64,000 bases of DNA. Source: Anthoceros angustus (Eukaryota; Plantae; Anthocerotophyta). Below, piece after piece: positions 13,213-24,681 of the stretch; the first letter of the stretch is position 1, and each line of letters opens with the position of its first letter. The notes under the pieces are model-generated. The model did not search any database. It was given only the letters and a program-made list of their open reading frames with translations, and was not told where the DNA came from. The DNA is taken from contig MU008209.1 of assembly GCA_010909165.1 (NCBI GenBank), forward strand, positions 344,779-408,778, in the 5' to 3' direction. The translations under genes were made by a program, and so were the position numbers.

Positions 13213-14635
13213 TTTGAGTACTGCAAGAGGTTGTTGGTTGTCTCTTCTCCCTTTGGATCTCTTGCACTCTTAGCTAAAGTCCATGGCTTTTGCGGCTTGT
13301 AGTGTAATGTTTCTTTAACTGCCTCAATGGTCATAGGATTTCGCCAAGGTTAGAAAGCGGTTGTCATATGGCTTAGTGGCTCCATGAATGCTCTACAAGT
13401 TGGAGGTGAATTTGTAGGCCATAATTCATCTTTGCCTTTTGCAGGACCTCTGCATCCTCGTCTCGAGAAATGGCATTCCAGCTTGGTACCAACTATTTAG
13501 TGGCCACTGCCGCCATGGCCCCTTACCTTCTTTTTGTTGAACTAACTAAGTTCATCGAGGTGCATAAGATCTGACAAAAAAAATCATTTTTTCAGAAAAA
13601 GCAAGATCATAGATCAGCTGCCACAAGCCATGGACTTAGCTAAAGTGCGAAGAGATCCAAAGGGAGAAGAGACAACCAACAACCTCTTGCCCGTACTCAA
13701 AAGGTTAGGAACCTTGGATGTAGGTGGATATGGACCTCGATCACAAAATGTGAGCGTCACGGGCCAAGATATGGAGCCGGAAAGAACCATATTTAGCCAA
13801 AAGCGAGATCATAGGGCACAAAGGCGTGGAGCTAGAAGTCATAAAGAACCCTAGCCTCATGCGCTCCTTTGCGCATAAGCATAATGCTCCCATGCTTTTC
13901 TACCTATTAGCAAAGGACCAGCCTTTGCCTAGGTAATGAGGCTTCGTTCAAGGCGAAATCCATGATCAAGTATCGCTAATGCGGCTGCTGGATACCTAAC
14001 GGCTGAGCATTCGATGAGAGATCAAGGATAAGCATAAAGTAACTTGGAATCTCAAGGCACGTGGAACTAGTTAAGAGAATTAAGGAGATAAGGATGTAAC
14101 ATTCACAATCTAGTGGGGCCAGGTGTAGCTTTCCCTACTAGAAAAATAAATCACAAAAATGGCCAAGCATAGGACGGTTATTAACGAGCTAGGATGAAGT
14201 GCTTGGGTACTGTCTATAGATTATGTCAACGAGGTTTTCAATAAATTTTAGCAGTAAATTTGAATAGGATTCTTGAAACTTGCCTTTTAAGTAGGTTAAT
14301 ATCTTGGAAAGTCCGAAACTGGTCTCATAACGTTTCTATATATGCTTGAGGGCTGGGTCACCTCAGTGCGAGGCTATATAGAGTACTTGGTGCCAACTCC
14401 ACGCGTCCATTTCCAGTGGAGGAAGCTTCCGTTTAGGTCGAACAGGACACGCCCAGTAGATATGAAGCTGGATTAGGGCAGAATACTCGTCTGTCCCGCT
14501 TGCTTTGTAAGCTCTACGCCAAGAGGCAAGGCGATGCACGTCGGGTAGCGGGCAATTAGCTCCGGTGAAGGTGTGCAATTGGCTGGAGTTGGTGATCGCC
14601 AGCAGCTGGACGAGGGGCACAGTGTGTAGCTAGGC

Positions 14636-15250
14636 ATGGGGGGAAGCCAAGAGAAACTGCTGGATCAGATTTTCCAACTCAAGTATACCTCCAAGAGTCT
14701 GGTAAGGCAGGCTAAGAAATGCGAGAAGGAGGAGAAGGGGGAAAAGTTGAAGGTGAAGAAGGCGATCGAGAAAGGCAACATGGATGGCGCACGAATCTAC
14801 GCTCAGAACGCTATCAGGAAGCACAACGAGCAGCTCAATTACCTGCGGCTTTCCTCCAGGTTGGACGCTGTCGTGGCCCGGCTAGGCACGCAGAGTAAGA
14901 TGCAGACCATCAGCAAGAGCATGTCGGGGATCGTGAAAGCTCTGGACAGTGCCCTGGCGGTTGGAAACATGCAAAAAATATCTCAGACCATGGACCAGTT
15001 TGAGAAGACTTTTGTGAACATGGAGGTTCAATCAGAGTTCGTGGAGACGGCCATGGCTGGAAGTACCAGCCTTTCCACTCCAGAGGATGAGGTGAACTCG
15101 CTCATGCAACAGGTGGCGGATGACTATGGACTGGAGGTTTCCGTTGGGCTGCCTCAAGCTGCTTCTCATGCTGTCCCAGCGAAGGAAACAGCATCCGTCT
15201 CTGAGGATGACTTGAGCCGGAGGCTGGCCGAATTGAAGAGTAGGGGCTGA
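14636..15250 (+). CDS. CHMP1: ESCRT-III-associated protein CHMP1 / VPS46 (Snf7 family), intronless, 204 aa
   Basis: The [37 protein letters not shown]...[12 protein letters not shown]...[14 protein letters not shown] ends in the C-terminal MIM1 motif [15 protein letters not shown], typical of plant CHMP1A/B. Confidence 0.97.
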   Translation: MGGSQEKLLDQIFQLKYTSKSLVRQAKKCEKEEKGEKLKVKKAIEKGNMDGARIYAQNAIRKHNEQLNYLRLSSRLDAVVARLGTQSKMQTISKSMSGIVKALDSALAVGNMQKISQTMDQFEKTFVNMEVQSEFVETAMAGSTSLSTPEDEVNSLMQQVADDYGLEVSVGLPQAASHAVPAKETASVSEDDLSRRLAELKSRG

Positions 15251-16629
15251 TGTCCTGCCTCCTGGCCTTTTGTGGCTACCTATGCTGGAGGGAAGATGTT
15301 AAACACAATGTCTAACTACCTACTGCTTAGGTTTCGTTACCTAGGCTTGTATGTACACATCCATCTGTTATACTTATATTATATTAGTACTGTGCCTCCT
15401 TTGTATATATGTATCGTATGTATATAGCGTCAAGACTTGTTTATATAGTAATGTATGTGTGTACTAACCCTTACGTCACTCTCATACCTTGCATATATAA
15501 GTGTTTGATTTTTATTGACATTAATTGGAATTTTGGGCATTCAAGCGTCCTCTATCCCTTTATCGGTGGCTTTGTTGCCAGCAGTGCAATTAACTGTCTA
15601 CAAACGTATCGTCTTCCAGGTGGCAGCCAAAACCGAGAAATTTCTCCACGACGGTGCACCGCCGGCCTGCTCCATGTTGAGGCGGTTGCCTCCTCGCGTT
15701 TGGTCTGTGTCTGCGAAGAACATGCCAGGTAGATAGGCATCTCTTGCTCTGGTTGCAAGCTGTTCTCCGCAAAGCACAGAAGCGGGAACCCACGCCTTAC
15801 CCTTGTCGCCACGGATGAAGTCCTACGTCTGCTGCTTTGTTGTTGCCCCTCTGTCTGTGGCTTGCTTGCAAGCAGATATCTGCCTGTCCACTCGCTGCTT
15901 GTCGTCCAAGTAGGCGCATTGGAGCTACTGACCAGCTGAGGTGGATGACTGAACTGAGGTTCCAAGCGGAACAAGGTTCTTGTAGCAGTCACGGTTGAAC
16001 AGGTAGGCGCATACAGAGTTCTCCTTACTGCTTGTCAGCCTGCCTGGAGTCTTTGGTTTCAGGTGTGAAGGGTTTCAGACCGATGATTCCACTTGCTTTG
16101 TAATGCCACTGGCTCTGCTGATTGCAGCTGTATGGAGGTCTCTCTAGTGGATTGATTTCTTGATCTGCAGCGATCAGGGATCCTGATATCCTGGCTTGAA
16201 AGCAGAGGCTGATGACTTGTGATGAGTTGGTCTCGTCCGCTCGATGTAGAGTACGGCATCAATTTTCGGTGGTGAAACCTTGTAGGTGAAAGTCTTTGAC
16301 AGGGAGTTCAATCCATGGTTCAACGCCGTCGTCTGAAGGGCCACTGTGCAGCCGGTCTAGTGAGTCCAGTTTTTGGTTTGCATTTGGATCCGGTTAAGGA
16401 CTGTGGGCTTAATTCAGCTAGCAACGCTTGATTGCACGAGCTAACGTGTGGAAGACGAGCCTCGGTTATGCCGAATACTTACATAGATATGTGGTGCCTA
16501 GAATTTGCCGCCTCAACGAACCACTGAGGTCTTTATCTGTGGGCACATCAACAGAGTTCTAATAGATTCCAGCAAGTATTATCGTACCTGAATGAAAGGC
16601 CTCAAGGCCGATGCCGTTTCCCAGTCACT

Positions 16630-16797
16630 TAGGTTTTTAGCTGCCATGACCTCGGAACCTCAGAGGAGTCAGAACGTAGAGCCTTTGCGCAGAGGTCTTC
16701 ACATTCTCTCGAATAGGTTTTTAGCTGCCATGACCTCGGAACCTCAGAGGAGTCAGAACGTAGAGCCTTTGCGCACAGGTCGTCACATTCTCTCGAA
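16630..16797 (+). repeat. 84-bp tandem duplication upstream of the At4g08330-like gene
   Basis: taggtttttagctgccatgacctcggaacctcagaggagtcagaacgtagagcctttgcgca... starts at 16630 and again at 16714, with two substitutions. Confidence 0.9.
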
Positions 16798-17048
16798 TGT
16801 CTAGGGTTCACGTCCTTATGTACGAAGACTGTCCTCTTGTAGAGTGAAGTTTTTTCTCGTTCGGTGCATCTATTTGGGTAATATGTATTTGAAGTAGTAG
16901 GCGGTGCTTACTATGATTTGCGGGCCGCAGGTCGCTTCGGATTACTTGGAGTTGCTATGTATGATTTATTTATGTTGGTCCGTATGGGTGACGCAGGTCG
17001 CTGCCAGCATCGGATCTTGTTCTCTTGTTTGGGCACGTCCTTCCTATC

Positions 17049-17583
17049 ATGTCGACCAGAGAAGTCTTCTACAGGTGTTTATCTACTCAAGGAGCTGTTC
17101 GTGTACCTCCGCTGGATTTGTCTCTGATCCTTTCTTCTTGTTGAGATCATGCGCTTTTAGGCATCCACCGATAAAAAGTAGAGCACCATTGGGTCTCTGA
17201 CTGTGTTCATTGCATTAACTGTTCGCGTTTCGCAGCTGTGGTTCTTGTGGATATCCCTTGAAGCTGAACTCGTCCCACCGCACGACGCTGCACGTTGGAT
17301 CAAAATTCTTAGGCAGCAGTAAGAAGGAGAACATTGTATTTGTGGCAATTGATGAAACTCGCTTCAAGCAAGTTGAAGAGGTCAAATGTGGTCCTTATTT
17401 TGATGGCAAGGGATCCTGGGCATCAACAGAGTGAGGACTAAACTTTTGTGACAGTGCGATGCTGTTATCGGGCACTGTTATGAGACGTTTGCAGGCTCTG
17501 CTGATAAGAAAAATCCAGCTTCGGCTACTAAGAAAATTGTCGTGAGGATAAAGGCCTTGCAACCAGACCAGGAAACTGAGTGA
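17049..17583 (+). pseudogene. Frameshifted duplicate of the At4g08330-like zinc-binding gene, possibly an uncorrected assembly copy
   Basis: It has the same two exons as 18487-19025 (17049-17074 and 17236-17583) but is 4 nt shorter through small deletions near 17420-17452 (tggg vs tgggg, aacttttgtgac vs aacttctttgtggac). Confidence 0.75.
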
Positions 17584-18486
17584 CTTATGGATAGTAAATT
17601 ATGTTTCTGGGCTTGCTAATGATGTGTTGCTTTTCAGGACGGACGACGGACTATGAGCTCGGGTGTCGTTGAAGTGGAGGTCAGGCGCTTCAAAGACCTA
17701 TTGGTTTGTCACTCGTCCAAGGATTGTGTTGGCCCCATCATTGTTGGGGCCACTTGCGCAACAGATTGTCCTACCATTTCAGGTATTCTCGGGGCAGGCT
17801 GATGACGGTTACATGGAATGGTGTTTGCATCCCACACGGTGTATCTCTGAACTGGGGAAAATTGCGGAGGATTGCCAGGATGCAGCGCATGGACAGCAGG
17901 GTCAGTTTGATCAAGAGTACAGGATTTATTATTTGACAGGTTTCATATGTATTATAGGAAAATGACACAGGACCATTCGAACTCAGGAAAAGATTTTCCT
18001 ATTACTGTGTCAAGCCAATGTAGCTGACGGAGCTGTTACATGTAATAGTCTGTGAGCTCGTCCAAAAATTGTGCTGAGCGACGACCTCTAGTACAATTGG
18101 TAAAGTTTTCGCCAAAGACCTTTTATTCTCCTGTTCCGCTATGTTTCGATAGCAAACCAACATTCTCTCATATGCATGCAGCAACTTCTCATAACCTATC
18201 TCAGTGTTAGGAAGGTTTGCTGTCATTCTCTCGAATGTCTAGGGTTCACGTCCTTATGTACGAAGACTGTCCTCTTGTAGAGTGAAGTTTTTTCTCGTTC
18301 GGTGCATCTATTTGGGTAATATGTATTTGAAGTAGTAGGCGGTGCTTACTATGATTTGCGGGCCGCAGGTCGCTTCGGATTACTTGGAGTTGCTATGTAT
18401 GATTTATTTATGTTGGTCCGTATGGGTGACGCAGGTCGCTGCCAGCATCGGATCTTGTTCTCTTGTTTGGGCACGTCCTTCCTATC

Positions 18487-19025
18487 ATGTCGACCAGAGA
18501 AGTCTTCTACAGGTGTTTATCTACTCAAGGAGCTGTTCGTGTACCTCCGCTGGATTTGTCTCTGATCCTTTCTTCTTGTTGAGATCATGCGCTTTTAGGC
18601 ATCCACCGATAAAAAGTAGAGCACCATTGGGTCTCTGACTGTGTTCATTGCATTAACTGTTCGCGTTTCGCAGCTGTGGTTCTTGTGGATATCCCTTGAA
18701 GCTGAACTCGTCCCACCGCACGACGCTGCACGTTGGATCAAAATTCTTAGGCAGCAGTAAGAAGGAGAACATTGTATTTGTGGCAATTGATGAAACTCGC
18801 TTCAAGCAAGTTGAAGAGGTCAAATGTGGTCCTTATTTTGATGGCAAGGGATCCTGGGGCATCAACAGAGTGAGGACTAAACTTCTTTGTGGACAGTGCG
18901 ATGCTGTTATCGGGCACTGTTATGAGACGTTTGCAGGCTCTGCTGATAAGAAAAATCCAGCTTCGGCTACTAAGAAAATTGTCGTGAGGATAAAGGCCTT
19001 GCAACCAGACCAGGAAACTGAGTGA
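18487..19025 (+). CDS. At4g08330-like small zinc-binding protein (Yippee/Mss4-like CxxC...CxxC), 2 exons (18487-18512, 18674-19025), 125 aa
   Basis: A GT-AG splice gives MSTREVFYSCGSCGYPLKLNSSHRTT...IDETRFKQVEEVKCGPYFDGKGSWGINRVRTKLLCGQCDAVIG, matching the plant YSCGxCGYxLNL / RTKLLCxxC family. Spliced length is 378 nt, in frame. Confidence 0.85.
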
Positions 19026-19653
19026 CTTATGTGGATAGTAAATTATGTTTCTGGGCTTGCTAATGATGTGTTGCTTTTCGGGACGGACGACGGACTATGA
19101 GCTCGGGTGTCGTTGAAGTGGAGGTCAGGCGCTTCAAAGACCTATTGGTTTGTCACTCGTCCAAGGATTGTGTTGGCCCCATCATTGTTGGGGCCACTTG
19201 CGCAACAGATTGTCCTACCATTTCAGGTATTCTCGGGGCAGGCTGATGACGGTTACATGGAATGGTGTTTGCATCCCACACGGTGTATCTCTGAACTGGG
19301 GAAAATTGCGGAGGATTGCCAGGATGCAGCGCATGGACAGCAGGGTCAGTTTGATCAAGAGTACAGGATTTATTATTTGACAGGTTTCATATGTATTATA
19401 GGAAAATGACACAGGACCATTCGAACTCAGGAAAAAGATTTTCCTATTACTGTGTCAAGCCAATGTAGCTGACGGAGCTGTTACATGTAATAGTCTGTGA
19501 GCTCGTCCAAAAAAATTGTGCTGAGCGACGACCTCTAGTACAATTGGTAAAGTTTTCGCCAAAGACCTTTTATTCTCCTGTTCCGCTATGTTTCGATAGC
19601 AAACCAACATTCTCTCATATGCATGCAGCAACTTCTCATAACCTATCTCAGTG

Positions 19654-22600
19654 TTAGGAAGGTTTGCTGTCATTCTCGTTGTCTAGAGGAACAGTGTCTT
19701 CCCGCAGCAAGATCCGAAGAGCACGAGCCCCGATTCTGCTGAGCAAACCCTGCCCTATCTCTGTAGCCATTTGTGAGAAACCTGGAGAATCTGTCAACCG
19801 CTGAATCTCTGGGACCACTTGATCCACTTGCTGCCTCATGTTGTCGACGGTGGAATTTACGGACGTGATAACATCTGAAGCCACCTCCCAAGGAGCCTTC
19901 CAACGCTGTCTTTCCGGGGCATTCTGCTCCGAGGGTTTTATCACTGTCTTCCTCAGCAACGACAGCTGCTCAAGGGCCTGCCGATCTGCTCTCCTTACAG
20001 GTAGAGCCCTGTCCAGCATACTTTCCACCTCCTGTTGCGATGCTGACAAGGAGGTTGCAATGGAAGAGGCAGCTGCACGAGCTGCATTCACACCCACTGC
20101 ATCTATAATCCGTACGAGGTCGTTCACCAAGGCATTCCGCATTCCATAAGCCTGTCTTTCAGACACAGTCCAGTGCAACAGAGTCCACAGCTGCTCTTGC
20201 TTGATACCTCCCTGTTGTTTATCTCCTTGTTGGACCAGATCGTCAAGCCGGTTCCATCTGCCAGCCGCAAGAGTTGGTCCACCCGTGAGATGAGAATTTG
20301 CAAAGACGCAGCAGCGAGAGGGGGCCACCATGAATGGGGAAGAAATGAAATAGCAAAACACGACTGTGGTGAAGTGAGGCTACACCTGAAAGATCCGTCT
20401 TTGATCAAGAGCTCTTGAAGAGATGATCTCAACTCGCTAGCATCATCTGTTAACAACCTCTTTGCCACATACGGGTATGCCTTGGCGATAAGCTGTAGCA
20501 TGTAAGTCCGGCTTAGATGCTGAGAATGAGCATAACGAACTCTTCAAACTAACCTGGTTCAATGACATACCCTGTAGTCCGGATCAGCCTTCATGGCAAT
20601 GCCTTCAAGCACAGTTAACGTTCGGGCGATCAGTGCATAGTAAGGAGGCACTTGGAACGGGTACTTGAACAACACGTCGCCGAGGCCGTCAATGATGGCC
20701 TGTCGACACAAACACCATGCCATTCCAGTCACTGCTCAAGTGAATCTGTCAAGGGACTAGAAAACGACAGGCAGAAGCTGAGCTTAGTTACCTTGAAATT
20801 TAGTTCAGAGACCGTCTTAGACAGGACTTCATCAAAAAATTGTGCTAGCTCTGGCACAAGGCGTGACACATCTGTGCTCTGGAAGGTACAAAAGAGGTAG
20901 AAGGACAGCCTAAGCCATTGGTACCAAGGATGAACAGGCATGCCAGAGGGCCATGAGCCGAGTGAAGGAGACCGGAGAACAACAAGTGGAACAGGCTCAA
21001 TCTTTGGAGCTCACCGGTGTTAAGAAGCCCAGTTTGTAGTAGTCCTTGGCCATTGCTTCATACTCTCGATTAACCAAGTGCACTATATGCTCCATGATGC
21101 CATACCTGAAAGCAAGGAAGCCAGCAGAAAAGATAACCTGAAGGCTGATCTTCTGTGGAATCAGGAACTAGAACAATGCACATTGCGATGCATGCCGTCC
21201 TCACCTTGCAGTCTGAGGTGCCTCACTCATCATCCCAAAGTCTAGGTACACAAGGTCCCCTGACCTTGTCACTAGGATGTTCCCAGGATGTGGATCGGCA
21301 TGAAAGTAACCTGCACAAGTATAGGACCTTACTCAGAGCTCATAACACTGTCAGTGGACCCGTCCAGTACGATTGGCAGCTTCAGATAATGATCACCCAG
21401 CACTGATGGCACTCACCATGTCCAAGCAGTTGATGCATGGTACAATCCACACCGAGATTTACAAAATCAACTACCCGATGGCCATATGTTTGCATTCCTG
21501 CTCTATCAGTTAGCTTCACGCCCTCTATCCACTCCATAGTTAAAACCCGCCTTGTGCTGTGATAGCAGACAAAATCAGCTTAAAAACTGAGCCGATGGGA
21601 TGGAAGGCGAAACGCAGATAACCAGCATTTCTCTCAATACGAATGCCGTTAACAAAGTTCGAATACTTACGTGTACTTCCAGAAAACTTTAGGAACGCGG
21701 ATGTGTGGAAGTGACCCATACAGCTCCTGAAACCGCTCAGAATTTTGGCCTTCCTGTTCATTCCAGGCAAGCTTTATATACTTCAGGATGACATCTCTGC
21801 AATCGTGGCATTCTGTGATGGCCCCTTGGAAGCATGCTCCTAACCTTTACATAGTCCAATTCTCCAAAGAGTCGACTTGCAAATTCATCGACAACTGGTA
21901 CAAGAGGAGATGTCCCCATTTTTTTGGTCTTGTCCATCCATGACGCTAACTTGCGCACTGAAATGCCACCAGACGTTCTGTCGGACATAAATCGTATAGA
22001 TTGCTTCATCCTACTCAGATGATATGGTGCATATGCTCACCTAAGAGCATGTCCATAGCATCCAACTCAGATGATATGGTGCGTATGCTCACCTAAGAAC
22101 ATGTCCATGGCAATGTTGTCACCAATCCCTGGTCTCTGCACCTGCCACAAGACACGAACTTGGTTAGCAGAAGATGTTTGAAATAAAATAAACCACTCAG
22201 GAGGAGCTGAGCAGGCATTTGTCGCTAGCAATGACACTGCCTGCCGTCAGCACTTGCTTCTCTTTCCCGTACCTTAACAGCTACCCACTCTCCAGTAGAC
22301 TTCAGCCGCCCTCTGTAGACCTGCAGGATGTATGCTTGTTAGAATTCATTGTCTTAATGTTTCAACTAAAGTTCGATCAACAGGAGTAGTGCTGGAGACC
22401 CACCTGACCCAAACTTGCAGCCGCAACCGGCTCAGGTGACAACTCCAAGAACAACTTTTCCACCTACATGCATACTCAAACTTGGTCAACAGCACTGACC
22501 ACCTTAGAAACTTAGTCATCCACAGGCATCTGAAGAATCCATGAATCCAATCGAAGGTAGACACGTACAGGTGCTCCAAGCTCTTCTTCTATCAATGCGT

Positions 22601-23978
22601 ACGCCAACGAAGTTGCAAAAGGGGGTATACGATCCTGACACAACCATAAGTCATAGAAGCAGAACTCAGAAAGGAGAGAGGAACGCAGGGCTCTCATTTC
22701 CCAATGGACAGATTCATCAAGATGTTAGAAATGGCAACCTGCAGCTCTGATAGTTCTTCCAAGTACTCTGATGGACAAAGATCTGGTCTCACTGACAATG
22801 ACTGCCCCACCTGTAGGCCGAGTGCATATGAGACAACCACAACACATTGCAGCCCTACAACAGAAGCAACATGAAGTAACAAGGTTGCAGAAAATAGACA
22901 GTGTCCACTCAAAATTTCAATACCTTCACAAAAGATGGACCAAGCTGGATCAGCATGCGTCGAAGATCTCTGGCCCGTTGCTTGTTTTTCGCATTTCCAG
23001 TCTACAACACAGCACTACGGGGTCAAGCCATCATTTCTCGCCCAATGTTTGATACAACCTGGCACCCACTGTACACAATGCAACCTGCCAAAAACGTGGA
23101 CTTCTTTCCTGCCGGCATGATATTGTACCCATGAAGATATAGTACCTGTCTCTCAAGCAACAAGGTTGCAGCAAATCCGCCAAGCTTCATTAATATGTCA
23201 AAAGCCCGGGCACGAACATCCTTAGGTCGCTCGTTCATAACCTCTGCTAGCTTTTCTGGATTATAACTGCCGAGGCCACCAAATTAGTACCGATTTCGAC
23301 TTCCTCAGAACAAGGTGAAGAACGCTTCCGACTCAGTAGATGGGCCAGCAAACCTTCTAGCAAATTCTCGAGCCGTCGATGCCTTCAGCTCCAGCATGTC
23401 CACCTAGCAAATCCAGAAGACGCTATCAGTAGCCTGACTGCTGCTGGATTCAGAAACCCACCATGCACAGCTCTTGGACCCTCCAATTTCAGAACCTGAG
23501 GACATACCCAACGGTAGAGACCTGTTTCTCCTCCAGGCCAACCTCCAGACCAATCTCCAAGCATGTCAGCAAAACTTTTGTCACCACTTCCGTCAGCTCC
23601 AAGCTTGAAGCCCTACCTCGTAGGATGCCACAAAGCCTTGGTCAGGCTGCATTGACCACTAGGAGAAGCTTGTGATTGATAATCTGCAATTACCAAAGTC
23701 TGGCATGCCACAAATCCACTGTTCTGCTGCAAACTTACTGGTCTACTGGTCCTTGACGGCCGTGTGCCATCCGTCTGAACCGCTTCCGCTCGCAGTCTCA
23801 ACGCTCCTGGTACGCGTCTTTGTCTTGCAAGGCCGGCAATGGCTGGCCTGAAGCAACTGTTGGAACCAGACTGTGCATTCCTCCACGTCCTTCTTTCAGG
23901 TGATGATGCACCCACCAGACCATGTAACGAGAATCTCGGACTCAACGATTCTTGGACTCCAGCAAGCTCCATTGCCAT
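19654..23978 (-). CDS. ABC1K3: ABC1/UbiB atypical kinase, ABC1K3-like, probably plastid-targeted. Multi-exon; the span includes introns.
   Basis: Exon peptides include [109 protein letters not shown] and [18 protein letters not shown]. The N-terminus is Ser/Arg-rich like a transit peptide, starting at ATG 23978. Family assignment is secure; exact orthology to ABC1K3 is less so. Confidence 0.88.
22007..22110 (-). repeat. 52-bp tandem duplication spanning an ABC1K exon end and 5' splice donor
   Basis: catcc(t/a)actcagatgatatggtgc(a/g)tatgctcacctaaga(g/a)catgtccat(a/g)g starts at 22007 and at 22059. Confidence 0.85.
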
Positions 23979-24681
23979 CTTGCAGACAGCGAGATCCTGA
24001 ACCTGAAACTCCGAATGCCGGGAAGAACACTGGTAGCATAAACTTATCAATCTCGTTTCTCGATGAAATTTAGCTCAGGCACCCCAATGCCCTGGTTGCG
24101 AATTTGCACAATCACTGACGCAATCCCTGGACACAGTTCCGAGCGTTTGCACGAATCCTCGGCTCAGAATGGAGCACCTACAAATATTTCACTGCGGATT
24201 GCTTTCAACCATTCCACTGTGAGTGCATACATCTCTGTTGTTTGCCAGGGAGCTTCCACGCCGCAATCGGTTTCAAACGTGACAGATTCTCCGATCCACA
24301 GTTCCACGCAACGGTATGACTTGCAAGGTTGCTGGGTAGATGCAACGAGTCATCCATGTGACGTGTAGGGGTTATCTGCATCGCAGATGCTGCTGTCCGT
24401 GGGAGCCTTGTGTTCAGATTTTCTGCCTACCGAGGGGCCCAAGAACACGTGGCCTCGTACAAGCCTTTCTACCAGATCTTTCAGTTGAGAATCCCCGTGA
24501 GAGGGTGTGTATTACAAAGGAAGATGACATAAACAAGACACGGTAGATCTGGACCCACGTAAAGTGGTAAACAATAATACACGGGGGATGCGACAGATTG
24601 TTCTGGACTTGCCAGTGCCATCCCAAATTGGATTTCTAACAACTACCCACCACAAGAGTCGTGTCCGTGGACAGCACATAT

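Larger units (their letters stand above)
16786..19677 (+). repeat. Tandem duplication of about 1.44 kb (about 16786-18223 and 18224-19677)
   Basis: Identical ORFs recur at offsets of 1438-1447 bp. The junction at about 18224 sits on the microhomology cattctc. Confidence 0.92.

Noticed and set aside
14131-14146. CCCTACTAGAAAA as a CACTA terminus, or GGGAAAG as a Mutator TIR end
   Set aside because: It is not CACTA, there is no direct target-site duplication, and the flanks are simply part of the inverted symmetry.
15552-16262. Minus-strand ORFs of 146 aa and 67 aa downstream of CHMP1
   Set aside because: They have no recognisable homology or convincing splice structure. A lineage-specific gene or lncRNA cannot be excluded but is unsupported.
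16200-16340. TGATGA...CTGA motifs suggesting a C/D-box snoRNA
   Set aside because: No terminal stem or recognisable rRNA-antisense element could be identified.
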